DNA of 64,000 nucleotides from an uncultured delta proteobacterium (GCA_963771175.1 CAVYSY010000050.1:1-64000); one strand, 5' to 3'; numbered from the stretch's first letter, positions 20,573 through 37,822 are shown. The notes: generated by a model not told the origin, from the sequence alone. Numbers and translations are program-made.

Positions 20573-21130
20573 GGCCCCCCGTGCAGGTCGCGCTCCTCGG
20601 AGGCTCGTTCAACCCGCCACACGTGGGCCACCTGCTGGCGGCCCACTACGTGCGCGCCACCCAGGGCGTGGACGAGGTGTGGTTGATGCCCACGTTCCGC
20701 CATCCCTTCGGCAAGGCGACGGCGCCCTTCGAGCACCGGGTGCGCGATGTGCGAGCTGCTGTGCCAGGACGCCGCGGGGTGGCTGAAGACCTCGCGGGTG
20801 GAGAGCGAGGTGGGCAAGGACGGGCGCACGGTGGACACGCTGGAGTTCCTCCTCGCCCGCTACCCGGAGCACCGCTTCACGCTCATCATCGGCTCGGACA
20901 TCCTCAAGGATCTGCCGAGCTGGAAGGACTTCGAGCGCATCCAGCGGATGGCGCGCGTGGTGGTGCTGTACCGCGCGGGCTACCCGGCCGACGAGGCCGT
21001 GGGACCGCCGCTGGCGCTCGTCTCCTCCACGGAGATCCGCGACCGGCTGATGCGCGGCGAGCTGCCCTCGGACCTGGTGCCGAGCGCGGTGCTCGCCTAC
21101 GCCCGCGAGCACCACCTCTACGGGCTGTGA
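20569..21130 (+). CDS. nadD: Nicotinate-nucleotide adenylyltransferase (one apparent frameshift near 20745)
   Basis: LLGGSFNPPHVGH, TVDTL, IIGSD, SWK, VSSTEIR. Confidence 0.9.
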
Positions 21131-21274
21131 GCCGGGCGGTTGTCCGGGCCCCCGCCCGAGGAGCATCCGTCGCGCCAGCCGGTGTTCAGCTTCGATTTTC
21201 TCGAAGGTCCGGCACCAGATTACCTTTTGACGAATGAATGGGGCGCTCCCCAGATTGCCTGTAAGGAGTGCTTC

Positions 21275-24079
<2,805 letters not shown>

Positions 24080-24089
24080 GGGAGCCGCC

Positions 24090-25025
24090 TCAGCCCCGGT
24101 GCTGTCCGAGCCAGTCCACGAGCAGCCGGTTCACCTTGGCCGGCTTCTCGTGGTGCAGGAAGTGCCCGGCATCCTGGATGCGCTCGAGGCGCAGGCCCTT
24201 GGGGAAGTCCTCCGGTCGCGTGAAGTCGAACAGACGCGTGTCGAGGCAGCCATCCCGCGCGCCGGTGAGCGCGAGCGTGGGCACCTGGATGGCGGACTGG
24301 AGCAGCTTGTGGGCGCGCCACGTGGTGGGGGACCACAGCGCGTAGATGGCGCGGTAGTAGCCGAGCGCCGCCTCCACGACGCCCGGTTGCCGCAAGGTGC
24401 GCTTGAGCGCGGCCATCTCCTCCTCGGGCCAGCTCCAGCCCGGGGACCAGTCGCGCCAGAGCTTCTCGATGAGTTGGAAGTCCTCCCAGCGCACCATCGC
24501 ATCCGACAGCCAGCGGAGCTGGAAGAAGAACGAGTACCAGGAGTTGCGCACCTGGCCGGGCACCCCCCGGTAGGCCGCGAGCGGGTTGTGCAGGTGTGGC
24601 ACCGCCAGCGCGGAGAGCGAGTGGAGGCGCTCCGGCGCCATCCCCGCGAGGATAAAGCCGATTATCGTGCCCCAGTCGTGACCGATGAGGTGCGCCTTGC
24701 GCACGCCAAGGTCCTCCATCCACCCCAGCACGTCCTCCGCGAGGTGGACGAGGTGGTAGTCGCCATTCTTCGGCTGGGACGAGGGCTCGTAGCCACGCAT
24801 CGTCGGGGCGATGACGCGGTAGCCGGCCTCGGCCAGCGCGGGCATCTGCTCGCGGAAGGAGCTGGCTTGGTCGGGGAAGCCGTGCAGGCAGAAGACGACC
24901 TCCGGTCCCTCTCCCATCTCCATCGCGGAGAACTTCAGCCCGTTGGCGTGAAGGGTCCTGCCCTTCAGCTCATGTCTCACCGCGGTCACTTCCTCGTGGC
25001 TCCCTGCCTTGTGAGACGTCTCCAT
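24090..25025 (-). CDS. Alpha/beta hydrolase (epoxide hydrolase-like)
   Basis: LHGFP, GHDWG nucleophile motif, AGHFLHHEKP. Confidence 0.9.
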   Translation of the reverse strand: METSHKAGSHEEVTAVRHELKGRTLHANGLKFSAMEMGEGPEVVFCLHGFPDQASSFREQMPALAEAGYRVIAPTMRGYEPSSQPKNGDYHLVHLAEDVLGWMEDLGVRKAHLIGHDWGTIIGFILAGMAPERLHSLSALAVPHLHNPLAAYRGVPGQVRNSWYSFFFQLRWLSDAMVRWEDFQLIEKLWRDWSPGWSWPEEEMAALKRTLRQPGVVEAALGYYRAIYALWSPTTWRAHKLLQSAIQVPTLALTGARDGCLDTRLFDFTRPEDFPKGLRLERIQDAGHFLHHEKPAKVNRLLVDWLGQHRG

Positions 25026-25155
25026 GTGTTTCCCCGGGGTTGATTCGTTGCTCACCACGTTATGTTCCACCTGTTCCACTGTGAACCGGTATTGCGCGAA
25101 TTCGCGGGAGTCCCGGTTGCGGGGGTTCAGGGCTTCCTCGCACGCATGGTGCGGG

Positions 25156-25278
25156 AGGCGGTTCCTCGGCCGCACCGGCGTCGTGGTGGCGCTGGTGTTC
25201 GACGACCCGCGCCTCCAGTTGTTCTTCCCAGAGGAGCTCGAGCGCGTGCCGGCGTGGGCGCGGCGTCAGCTCGCCTGA
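25156..25278 (+). pseudogene. carS: Relic of carotenogenesis antirepressor CarS (N-terminally truncated, internal deletion)
   Basis: Translates RRFLGRTGVVVALVFDDPRLQLFFPEELERVPAWARR. This matches Myxococcus CarS as recalled from memory (RFLGQTGIVVGLVFDDP...LFFPEELELAPEWAR). Confidence 0.65.
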
Positions 25279-25712
25279 CGCAGCCGCTCCACTGCCCGGC
25301 GCGCGCTCAGGATCTCGAAGGGCAGGCCGTGCCGGTCGGCCATGGAGAGCACGCGCTTGTCCTTGCTCACCAGCCAGGAGGCACCGGCGCGGGCCGCCAG
25401 GACGAGGAACTTCTGATCGTCCCGGTCGCGGCAGCGAGGCAGGTGGGGCGTCGGTGTGTCCTGCTCCCTGGGCGCCACACGCACGAGGCTCCGGTAGCGG
25501 GTGGAGATGCTCCGCCGGGCCGCCTCGTCCAGTTTGAAGCTGGGGTAGGCGAGCACGTACTCCAACTCCCTCAGGGTGTCCTCGTCCGCCCACGCGGTGA
25601 GCTCGCCCGAAGCGAGGGCGTCGGCCAGGGGGCTGACGACCGGATCATTGAAGATCCACAGGTCCAGGACCACGTTGGTGTCGAGGACCACGGGCAGGGA
25701 GGGGGGTTGCAT
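25266..25712 (-). CDS. PIN-domain protein
   Basis: VVLDTNVVLD, CRDRDDQKFL, LVSKDK. Confidence 0.85.
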   Translation of the reverse strand: MQPPSLPVVLDTNVVLDLWIFNDPVVSPLADALASGELTAWADEDTLRELEYVLAYPSFKLDEAARRSISTRYRSLVRVAPREQDTPTPHLPRCRDRDDQKFLVLAARAGASWLVSKDKRVLSMADRHGLPFEILSARRAVERLRQAS

Positions 25713-25723
25713 GCGCGCCCACT

Positions 25724-29167
<3,444 letters not shown>

Positions 29168-29442
29168 GGATGCCCTCCTTGGGCGAGGCCCCTGGTCGCG
29201 CGCATGGTTCCCGAGTCTATGTCATGCGGCCCTCATCCATTCCGACGGTTCGGAAGCCGCTCGTCCCCACGCCTACTCGCTCCCATCTGGCTCGCGGCTC
29301 GCGGCCTTCGTCAAAGAGTTGTCGCTACCTGGGCCCGCTTCGAAGCCAAATTATCCGGATTACCCCAGATTGCCCTCCAGCCGTTGGATCCGCTCGCGGG
29401 CGTGCGTGATGCTTCGGGCAACACTCGGACGGGGGGAAGACA

Positions 29443-31341
29443 ATGGTCCGGAATTCGCGCACATGGCTCGTGGAGCGATTGGATGGATTTCTCTCCGAGT
29501 CCCTACGTAAGGCCTCGCCCCTCGAGGTCGGGCGTGCGCGGCTGCTTGTCGGGGTGTGCCTGACCCTGCTCGCGTGTGTCTTGCTGATCCTGTTCCAATT
29601 GCTGTTGCACCCGAGTCCCCGGAGCGTCATCGCGCTGGCCGGGGTGTGCCTGCTGGGGTTCGGGGGCGCACTGGCGCTGCTGCGCTGGTCGTCCTCGACC
29701 CGGCCCCTGGCGCTGCTGCTGTGCTCCCTGCTGACGGTGGGGATGATCACCACCACCCTCCACTTGAAGAGCCTCGTGGTGGCCACGCACGCCTCGGTGA
29801 TGCTCGTCCCGGTGGTGTCGGTCTACCTGCTGGGGTGGCGTCTGGGTCTGCTCTTCTCCACGCTCGCCAGCGTGAACGTGGGCCTCGTCTTCCCGCTCTA
29901 CGCCAGGAGCGCGCTGGCGGACCCCGTTGACCGGGTGCTGTGTGCCTTCGCGTCCCTCTACGTCCTGTGCGCCTGGGCGGTGGGCTGGCTGTTCATCTCC
30001 GCGCGAGATGAGGCCCAGGCGAGGGTCGAGCGGACGATGGAGACGCTGCGCGAGAGCGAGGTCAAGCTGATCGGCCTCATCGAGAGCACCGATGATCTGG
30101 TGATCTCCCTGGACAAGAATGGGCTCGTGGTCACCGCCAACCAGGCCGCGAGGCAGCTCTTCCTGCAGGTGGTGGGCAGGGAACTCGACCCGGGCAGGCC
30201 CGCTTTCGAGGAGACCGCGCCGCGAGGGCAGTCCTACTGGTTCGAGCTCCTGGCCCGCACGTGTCACGGGGAGCGCGTGAAGGAGGAGGTGCTCATCCCA
30301 CTGGCGGGGCGATCGCCCCTGACGGTGGAGATCACCGTCAGTCCCCTGTGGGGCGTGGGGGGACGCGTGGTGGGGGTGACCCTCTTCGGGCGCGACATCA
30401 CCGCGCGCAAGGAAGCCGAGGCCCGGCTGAGTGAGATGCACCGCAACCTGCTGGACGTGTCGCGCCAGGCGGGCATGGCGGAGATCGCCACCGGCGTCCT
30501 GCACAACGTGGGCAATGCGCTCAACAGTGTGAACGTCTCGGCTGGCGTCGTGACCGAGCGGCTGCGCGGCCTGCACGTGCCTGGGATCTTCCGGGCGGTC
30601 GAGCTGCTGGACGAGCACAAGTCGGACCTGGGGACCTTCCTCACCAGTGATCCGAAGGGGCGGCAGGTGCCGGACTACCTGAAGGCGCTGTCCCGGACGC
30701 TCGCCGAGGAGCGCGAGGCGGTGCTGGAGGAGATGCACACGCTGTGCGAGAGCGTGGAGCACATCAAGGCCGTGGTGAGCATGCAGCAGCAGCACGCACG
30801 CACGACCGGGATGGAGGAGCGGTTGCCGGTGTCGGCACTGCTCGACGACGCGCTGCGCCTGCATGCGCTGTCCTTCGAGCGGATGGGCATCCAGGTGCGG
30901 CGCGAGTACACCCCAGGGCCCGAGGTGTGGGCCGACCGGCACAAGCTGTTGCAGATCCTGCTCAACCTCCTGAACAACGCCCGTCACGCGTTGATGGACA
31001 GCGGCCAGCCGGACAAGCAGCTCACCCTCCGGGTAGGCCCGGGGGAGGGCGGAAGGTTGCGCATCGAGGTGGCCGACAATGGGGTGGGCATCGCCCCGGA
31101 GACCCTGCCGAGGCTGTTCACCCAGGGCTTCACCACGAAGAAGGACGGGCACGGCTTCGGGCTGCACATCAGCGCGCTGGCGGCCGAGGAGATGCGGGGC
31201 TCCCTCGCCTGCGCCAGCGCCGGACGCGGCCAGGGCGCCACCTTCACCCTCGAGCTGCCCGCCGGAGGCGCGCCACCGGAGGCGGAGCCCGTGAGGCCCC
31301 GGGAGGTCTTCGAACGCGGCGGAGCACCAGGAGTGGCGTGA
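29443..31341 (+). CDS. Membrane PAS-domain sensor histidine kinase
   Basis: N-terminal TM helices, PAS (GRDITARK), H-box [26 protein letters not shown]. Confidence 0.92.
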   Translation: MVRNSRTWLVERLDGFLSESLRKASPLEVGRARLLVGVCLTLLACVLLILFQLLLHPSPRSVIALAGVCLLGFGGALALLRWSSSTRPLALLLCSLLTVGMITTTLHLKSLVVATHASVMLVPVVSVYLLGWRLGLLFSTLASVNVGLVFPLYARSALADPVDRVLCAFASLYVLCAWAVGWLFISARDEAQARVERTMETLRESEVKLIGLIESTDDLVISLDKNGLVVTANQAARQLFLQVVGRELDPGRPAFEETAPRGQSYWFELLARTCHGERVKEEVLIPLAGRSPLTVEITVSPLWGVGGRVVGVTLFGRDITARKEAEARLSEMHRNLLDVSRQAGMAEIATGVLHNVGNALNSVNVSAGVVTERLRGLHVPGIFRAVELLDEHKSDLGTFLTSDPKGRQVPDYLKALSRTLAEEREAVLEEMHTLCESVEHIKAVVSMQQQHARTTGMEERLPVSALLDDALRLHALSFERMGIQVRREYTPGPEVWADRHKLLQILLNLLNNARHALMDSGQPDKQLTLRVGPGEGGRLRIEVADNGVGIAPETLPRLFTQGFTTKKDGHGFGLHISALAAEEMRGSLACASAGRGQGATFTLELPAGGAPPEAEPVRPREVFERGGAPGVA

Positions 31342-31418
31342 CCGGGCAGGCGGGGAGGGGAGCCCGTGTTGTCGGAACGGACTTGCACGGACACTCGAAC
31401 CCCGGCATGGATTGCTCG

Positions 31419-32454
31419 ATGACTGCTCGCCCCCTCCCCACCACCGCGCCGAGCCACCGTCTCTCCGTCGCGCCGATGATGGACTGGACGGATCGCCACG
31501 ATCGCTACTTCCTGCGCCTCATCTCCGAAGCGCACGCGGCTCTACACCGAGATGGTGACCACCGGCGCCATCCTCCACGGGGACAAGGGGCGGCACCTCG
31601 ACTACTCCCCGGAGGAGCATCCGCTCGCCCTGCAGCTCGGCGGCAGCGACCCGGCGCAGCTCGCCGAGTGCGCCCGCATCGCGGAGCAGTGGGGCTATGA
31701 CGAGGTGAACCTGAACGTCGGCTGCCCGTCGGACCGCGTACAGAACGGCATGTTCGGTGCGTGTCTGATGGCGAAGCCGGACCTCGTCGCCCGCTGTGTC
31801 GAGGCAATGCGCGGCGCCACCCGCCTGCCCGTCACGGTCAAGCACCGGATCGGCATCGATGACCTCGATTCGTACGAGCTGCTGACGCACTTCATCCGGA
31901 CGGTCAACGGGGCGGGCTGTGACACCTTCATCGTGCATGCCCGCAAGGCGTTCCTCCAGGGGCTCAGCCCCAAGGAGAACCGGGATGTTCCCCCGCTGCG
32001 CTACGAGGTCGTGCGGCAGCTCAAGACGGACTTCCCGCACCTCACCTTCTCGCTCAACGGCGGCGTGAAGTCCCTGGACGAGGCACGCGCGCACCTGGAG
32101 TGGGCCGACGGCGTGATGATCGGCCGCGAGGCGTACCAGAACCCCTACATGCTCGCGCTCGCGGACTCGCGCATCTTCGGCGAGGAGGGCCCCGCGCCCA
32201 CCCGGCGCCAGGTGGTGGAGGCCCTGCTGCCGTACGCCGAGGCGATGCTGTCGCGCGGCGAGCACCTGTCGCGGCTCACGCGCCACATCCTGGGGCTCTT
32301 CGCCGGTCAGCCGGGAGCGCGGGGCTGGAGGAGGGTGCTGAGCGAGCGCGCCTGCCGGCCCGGGGCCGGGATGGAGGTCCTCCGGGATGCGCTCGCCCAG
32401 GTGCCGGAGCGGGTCCTGGACGAGCGCTCCCTGCCCGAGCCCGTCGCGGCCTGA
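31419..32454 (+). CDS. dusA: tRNA-dihydrouridine synthase DusA (one apparent frameshift near 31535)
   Basis: [55 protein letters not shown]. Confidence 0.92.
32401..32427 (+). repeat. 27-bp direct repeat, copy 1 (dusA 3' end)
   Basis: GTGCCGGAGCGGGTCCTGGACGAGCGC, identical to 36272-36298. Confidence 0.9.
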
Positions 32455-32476
32455 GTCGCTCCACCGTGCTGGCTGC

Positions 32477-33748
32477 TCAGGGCGTCAGCAGCCGCCCAAG
32501 GAAGAGGACGGACTTCGTCTCCACGTCCTCGATGAGGAAGAGGAAAGGGCGGTCCACGGCGAACGTGGGGGGCAGGGAGGTAACCCCGACGCCAATGCCC
32601 GTGGCGGCGGCGGCCTCGGTGCCCTTCTCGTCCACGGCCACGAAGGCCTTGTGCTGCGCGCCGGTGATGAACAGGTGCTCCTGGGTGCTGATGCCCGACA
32701 GGTCCGCGCGGTCAGTGAAGGCGTCGGTCATGCCCAGCGCGCCCATGGCCTCGGGCAGGGCGATGTCCGTCTCCACCTGGAACTTGGGGAACCGAAGGAC
32801 GAACTCGGTGTTCTTCAGCTCCTGGCGGACAGTGTCGAGGAAGGAGGCCGAGAGCCGCGCGTCGATCTCCTCGAACCGGCCTGCGTCCGGGACGATGATC
32901 AGCATGCGGAAGGCGTTGCCCACATAAGGCAGCGCGAGGGCCTGGAAGCCCTCTCCCTCCATGCGGGGCAACGCGAGTTGGCGCTCCATCATCTGGACCT
33001 CCTTGCCACCGCCATTCAGCAAGTTGAAGGTCGCGCTCCGGGTTAGCGAGGGCTCGAAGGGGTCTGCCCAGGAGCCCTTGAAATAGAGCGCGTTGACCAG
33101 CATCAGGCGCGTGTCCGCCGTCACCGAGTTCTTCGGGAGCAGGTCCTTGATGCGCTCCTGCGTCTGGCCCTCGACCCAAGCATTGATCTGGGAGCGGAGG
33201 GGCTCGGCTTCCCGCTGGAAGTCCGCCGCGCGCACGCCCGCGCCGTAGTGCTCGGCGAGCACGTCGAGGTAGGTGGGCTCGAAGGAAAAGCCCCGCTGAC
33301 CCCAGGTGGCGTTCACCACGCGGAACTCCGGAGAGGTTCCCTGTTGGCCCGGCTTGGGCCCGGTGCGGCTCTGGAGCGCCAGGTCCAGCGCGTTCATGGT
33401 GGGGTGGAGCCGTTCCTGGGGCAGGGTGAAGCGCAGCGTCTGCTGCATCTGTTGCTCGGTGTTTCCCCGGGCGCCCGCGTACACCATGGAGAACGCCTGG
33501 GTGATGCTGAAGGGCGAGAAGAAGACGTTCTCTCCCGGCTTGGCGACGTGCCGGTACAGGGCCACCCCGAAGTCGGTGTTCGCGGCGGCGAGAGCCGTCA
33601 GGTCATCGGCTGAGGCATTCGGTTGGGTCACCCGCTGCTTGTCCGAGGCGATGAGCTCGCCGGGCGCTTCGGGGAACTCTTGAGAACAGCCCGCCAGCAC
33701 CAGCACGGCCGCGAGCAGGGAAGAACGCTTGAAAGGGGACGAGGTCAT
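32477..33748 (-). CDS. Serpin-family lipoprotein
   Basis: Lipobox VLAGC; NVFFSPFSI, LVNALYFKGSW, hinge DEKGTEAAAAT, DRPFLFLI. Confidence 0.93.
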   Translation of the reverse strand: MTSSPFKRSSLLAAVLVLAGCSQEFPEAPGELIASDKQRVTQPNASADDLTALAAANTDFGVALYRHVAKPGENVFFSPFSITQAFSMVYAGARGNTEQQMQQTLRFTLPQERLHPTMNALDLALQSRTGPKPGQQGTSPEFRVVNATWGQRGFSFEPTYLDVLAEHYGAGVRAADFQREAEPLRSQINAWVEGQTQERIKDLLPKNSVTADTRLMLVNALYFKGSWADPFEPSLTRSATFNLLNGGGKEVQMMERQLALPRMEGEGFQALALPYVGNAFRMLIIVPDAGRFEEIDARLSASFLDTVRQELKNTEFVLRFPKFQVETDIALPEAMGALGMTDAFTDRADLSGISTQEHLFITGAQHKAFVAVDEKGTEAAAATGIGVGVTSLPPTFAVDRPFLFLIEDVETKSVLFLGRLLTP

Positions 33749-33978
33749 ACCGCTCTTCCCAGCAAGTTGCGTGCACAGCCCTGGCTTGAAGAACTTCATG
33801 CACTTGGGGCGCTACCTGCCTGGAATTTGCCTCGGATTTCTGAGGTGGGTGGTGGGGAGGCGCCGACCCCTCCCCACGGAGTCACGTCCGCGGACCTCCA
33901 GCTCGGCGAAAGCTGGGAGAACAACTTTGTCAGACCAGGAGGTTAAGCTCCACTCGAACTTTTCATCAGGAGTGAGAG

Positions 33979-36201
33979 ATGGAAGCGAGATTCCTCTGGA
34001 GTGCCCTGGGGGCCCTGGCCCTCGCGGGCTGCGGTAGCACCGCCCTCCCCGAGCCAGGCGAGGGCCCCGGCCAGGCCCGACAGGCTGTCGGCAGTTGCCC
34101 CGAGGGTGCCTTCGGCCCGGGGGGCACGATGACCTCGACCTCGACGGGCTCGTCGGCCTTGCCCTTCTTCTCCGCCGCCGCGGACTTCAACGGGGATGGG
34201 CGGCAGGACCTGGCGGTGACGAACGCCTTCACCAACAACCTGGCCATTCTCCTGGGCAACGGGGACGGCTCCTTCGCGCCGCCGGCCGTCTATAGCGTGG
34301 GCACCAACCCACGGGGGGTGGTGGCCCGGGACTTCAACGGGGATGGGCGGCCGGACGTGGCGCTGGCCAGCTACAGCACCCACACGGTGCGCGTCCTGCT
34401 CAACCAGGGCAACGGCACCTTCGGCCCGCCCCTGAGCTACACCGTGGGCACCAACCCCTACGGCCTGGCCAGCGCGGACCTCAACGGGGATGGCCGGCTG
34501 GACCTGGCCGTGGCCAATTACGGCAGCGGCACCGTGGGCGTGCTGCTCGGCAACGGCAACGGCACCTTCGCCGCCCAGGTCACCTACGCGGTGGCCACCT
34601 CCCCGCGGGCCGTGGCGACCGGAGACTTCGACGGGGACGGCAAGCCGGACCTGGCCGTGGCCCACTACCAGTCCGGCAGCAGCGCCGTGCACACCCTGCG
34701 CAACCAGGGCAACGGCACCTTCGCCGCCCAGGGGAGCTACACCGCGGGCAGCAAGGCCACCTCCGTGGTCAGCGTGGACCTGGATGGGGACGGCGCGCTC
34801 GACCTGGCGGTGTCCAACTCCGGCTCGAGCTCCGTGAGCGTGTTCAAGGGCCAGGGCAGCGGGGCCTTCACCGTGCAGCCCTCCTTGCCCGTGGGCTACC
34901 GCCCCTACTCCGTCGCCAGCGCCGACATGAATGGCGACGGCCGGCCCGAGCTCCTCGTGCCCAACTACGGCGATGGGACGCTGGGCGTGCTGCGCAACCT
35001 GGGCAGCGGGAGCTTCGCGGCCCAGGTGACGTACCTGGTGGGCAACTCGCCCGCCTTCGTCACCGTGGTGGACCTGGACGGGGACACCGCGCCGGACGTG
35101 GCCCTGGCGAGCCTCGGCTCCGACGGCGTGCGCACGCTGCTCAATCGCGGCGATGGGACCTTCACCGCGGCGGCGCACTTCGCCACCGGCGCCAACCCGT
35201 GGGGCCTCGCCGCGGGCGACCTGGATGGGGACGGCAAGCCGGAACTGGCCGTGGCCAACACCACCGCCAACACGGTGAGCGTGCTCACCAACCAGGGACT
35301 CGGGAGCTTCGGCTCGCAGCAGGTGTACAGCGTGGGCCTCACGCCCATTGCGCTGACGTGGGGCGACTTCGACGCGGATGGCCGGGCGGACCTGGCCGTG
35401 GCCAACCATGACGGCCACACCGTGAGCGTGCTGCGCAACCAGGGCGGCTCGCTCGCCCCGCAGGTGACGCACGCCACCGGCACCAATCCCTCCTCGGTGA
35501 CGGCCGTGGACCTCAACGCCGACGGCAAGCTGGACCTGGCGGTGACGAACTACGGCGGCGCCTCGCTGAGCCTGCTGCTCAATGACGGGCTTGGCTCCTT
35601 CCTCCCCCAGGTCACCCAGGTGCTGGCGGGTACCTACCCGGCCTCGCTCGCCTCAGGGGACTTCGACGGCGACGGCAAGCTGGACCTGGCGGTGACGAAC
35701 CACGGGGCCAGCGCGGGCAGCGGCGGGGTGCTGCTGCTGCGCGGTGACGGGCTGGGCGGCTTCACCCTGAAGGCCTCTTTCTCCACCGGCGCCCGCTCCC
35801 GCTCCATTGCCTCCGGGGACTTCAACGGCGATGGCTGGCTCGACGTGGCCGTGAGCAACGAGGAGCCCTCCTCGCTCGGCGTCCTCCTCAACGACGGGCT
35901 GGGCGGCTTCCTCCCCCAGGTGAGCTACCCCGCCGGCGCCTACGTGTACGCCGTCGCCACGGGGGACTTCGACGGGGATGGGACGCTGGACCTGGTGGCG
36001 CCTGCCATCGAGGGAGACTCGCTCGGCCTCTTCAGTGGCCTCGGCAATGGCACCTTCCGCTCGCCGCGGGTGTACCCGGCTGGCAACAGCCCCGCGGGCG
36101 TGCTGGCCAGGGACCTGGACGGCGACGGCCGGCTGGACGTGGCGACGACCGGCTACGACGGCGCCACGGTGGATGTGCTGATCAACACCTGCATGCCCTG
36201 A
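33979..36201 (+). CDS. FG-GAP/VCBS repeat lipoprotein
   Basis: Lipobox LAGC; about 14 D[FL][ND]GDG..DLAV repeats. Confidence 0.92.
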   Translation: MEARFLWSALGALALAGCGSTALPEPGEGPGQARQAVGSCPEGAFGPGGTMTSTSTGSSALPFFSAAADFNGDGRQDLAVTNAFTNNLAILLGNGDGSFAPPAVYSVGTNPRGVVARDFNGDGRPDVALASYSTHTVRVLLNQGNGTFGPPLSYTVGTNPYGLASADLNGDGRLDLAVANYGSGTVGVLLGNGNGTFAAQVTYAVATSPRAVATGDFDGDGKPDLAVAHYQSGSSAVHTLRNQGNGTFAAQGSYTAGSKATSVVSVDLDGDGALDLAVSNSGSSSVSVFKGQGSGAFTVQPSLPVGYRPYSVASADMNGDGRPELLVPNYGDGTLGVLRNLGSGSFAAQVTYLVGNSPAFVTVVDLDGDTAPDVALASLGSDGVRTLLNRGDGTFTAAAHFATGANPWGLAAGDLDGDGKPELAVANTTANTVSVLTNQGLGSFGSQQVYSVGLTPIALTWGDFDADGRADLAVANHDGHTVSVLRNQGGSLAPQVTHATGTNPSSVTAVDLNADGKLDLAVTNYGGASLSLLLNDGLGSFLPQVTQVLAGTYPASLASGDFDGDGKLDLAVTNHGASAGSGGVLLLRGDGLGGFTLKASFSTGARSRSIASGDFNGDGWLDVAVSNEEPSSLGVLLNDGLGGFLPQVSYPAGAYVYAVATGDFDGDGTLDLVAPAIEGDSLGLFSGLGNGTFRSPRVYPAGNSPAGVLARDLDGDGRLDVATTGYDGATVDVLINTCMP

Positions 36202-36271
36202 GGTGAGCGGGAGGCCCAGGGGCTCGAGCCTGGTAGGGGAAAGCCAGGCCCGGGCACCGAGTCAACGAAAC

Positions 36272-36298
36272 GTGCCGGAGCGGGTCCTGGACGAGCGC
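36272..36298 (+). repeat. 27-bp direct repeat, copy 2 (intergenic)
   Basis: Exact copy of dusA 32401-32427. Confidence 0.9.
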
Positions 36299-36343
36299 GA
36301 GGCGACGCGTTGCGGCGCATGGAAGCGCTTGCCCGTCACGGGC

Positions 36344-37087
36344 TCACGACATGACGAAACCGCCCGTGGCGCCAATCGACTGGCCGGTGACCCACTGGCT
36401 GCTCTCCGAGGCAAGGAAGGCGACGACGTCCGCGATGTCCTCGGTCCGGCCCACGCGCCGCAGGGGCGTGACCTGGACCATGCCCTGGCGCTGCTCCTCC
36501 GTGCAGAACGCCGTCATGTCCGTCTCCACCATGCCGGCCATGATGGAGTTGACGGTGATGCCCCTCGGTCCAAGCTCCGCCGCGAGGGTGCGCGTGAACG
36601 CCTCGACGCCCGCCTTGCTCGCCGCATACACGCCGAGCGCCGGGATGGGCGAGCGGGTGGCGGTCGAGGTGATGTTGATGATCCGGCCGCCCTGGCCCAG
36701 GCGCCGCGCGGCCTGCTGACTGGCGCTCACCACGCCCCACAGGTTGACGTCGAGGATGCGCTGGAAGTGCGCCCGATCGACGGTGTCGATGGGACGCATC
36801 TCGAGGATGCCCGCGTTGTTGACCAGGATGTCCAGGCGCCCGAAGCGCGCGTCCATCCGCTCGAAGAGCTGCTGCACCTGCGCCTCGTCGGCCACGTCCG
36901 CGCGCTCGACGAGGACCTCGCCTCCGGCGCGCTGGATGTCGGCGGCCACCTGGTGGGCGGCCTCCTCGTTGCGCGTGTAGTTGAGGACGACCTTGGCCCC
37001 CTGGGCCGCCAGCTTCCGTGCGATGCCCGCTCCGATACCGCGCGAGGCTCCCGTGACGATGGCGACCTTTCCTTCGAGTCCGTTCAT
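36344..37087 (-). CDS. SDR family oxidoreductase
   Basis: TGASRGIG, LVNNAG, YAASK. Confidence 0.93.
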   Translation of the reverse strand: MNGLEGKVAIVTGASRGIGAGIARKLAAQGAKVVLNYTRNEEAAHQVAADIQRAGGEVLVERADVADEAQVQQLFERMDARFGRLDILVNNAGILEMRPIDTVDRAHFQRILDVNLWGVVSASQQAARRLGQGGRIINITSTATRSPIPALGVYAASKAGVEAFTRTLAAELGPRGITVNSIMAGMVETDMTAFCTEEQRQGMVQVTPLRRVGRTEDIADVVAFLASESSQWVTGQSIGATGGFVMS

Positions 37088-37138
37088 GTGCGCTCCCCGT
37101 GAGTGGAGGCGACAGCATGCCCGGCTGGGCCGGAGTGT

Positions 37139-37681
37139 CTACTCCACCCAGGTGATGCGGAACGAGGCCTCGTCACCCCTCCTGGAGCCGAGCTCCACCT
37201 GGAGCCCCTTTGCCCCCGCCATCTCCAGGCCCGCGCTGAGGATGCCCCGGAAGTAGCCGGGGCGCGCCGCGTAGTTGAACCACAGCTCGTACGCGCCTGG
37301 CCCTACCGGCTGCAGCCGTGTCTCGGTGTAGTTGTTCGCGCTGCGGAAGTTGATGTTCATGCGCTGGAGGATGCGGCGCGGGCCGACGGTCCGCGCCATC
37401 GCCCTGAGCGCTTTGCCCCTCAGCGTCTGCGTGGTGTAGGCCTCCATGAAGGCCCGCCCCAACTCGTAGCACCCATCGTCCGGGTACATCCGCGGCCAGC
37501 GCTGGCTGACGATGTAGTCGATGATCGCGGTGTAGACGTCCATCGGGTACGCCGGCAGCAGCGGCCTGCTCGGATCGACCCCTCGCGCCACCAGTGCTGA
37601 GAGCTGCTCGGGTGGCAGCGGCTGCCCCATCACCCGGAGCAGGCTCTCCATCGCGTTGCTGAAGACAAGCTTCTCCGTCAC
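37139..37681 (-). CDS. DUF2378-family myxobacterial protein
   Basis: GVDPSRPLLPAYP, GPRR.L.RM..NFRSANNY, ending FRITW. Confidence 0.8.
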   Translation of the reverse strand: MTEKLVFSNAMESLLRVMGQPLPPEQLSALVARGVDPSRPLLPAYPMDVYTAIIDYIVSQRWPRMYPDDGCYELGRAFMEAYTTQTLRGKALRAMARTVGPRRILQRMNINFRSANNYTETRLQPVGPGAYELWFNYAARPGYFRGILSAGLEMAGAKGLQVELGSRRGDEASFRITWVE

Positions 37682-37822
37682 GGGCGCGACTCTACACCGA
37701 AGGGGCGCATGGAGGGACTCCACAGAGCTCCGCCGCCGGACTCGCAGCGCCACCAGCCCCTTCCGCCGTGGCGGGCGGGCGGGTAGGTGACGGTGGCGCC
37801 TCGAGTCGCGAGAATCCCACCC

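Noticed and set aside
14078..21130. Programmed frameshifting or true pseudogenes in the mutS2-nadD block
   Set aside because: The indels are numerous and scattered, I saw no consistent slippery motif, and they hit a normally essential gene. Sequencing error is more parsimonious.
33852..33877. 9-bp hairpin between the serpin and FG-GAP genes
   Set aside because: A single GC-rich stem with no further evidence of function.
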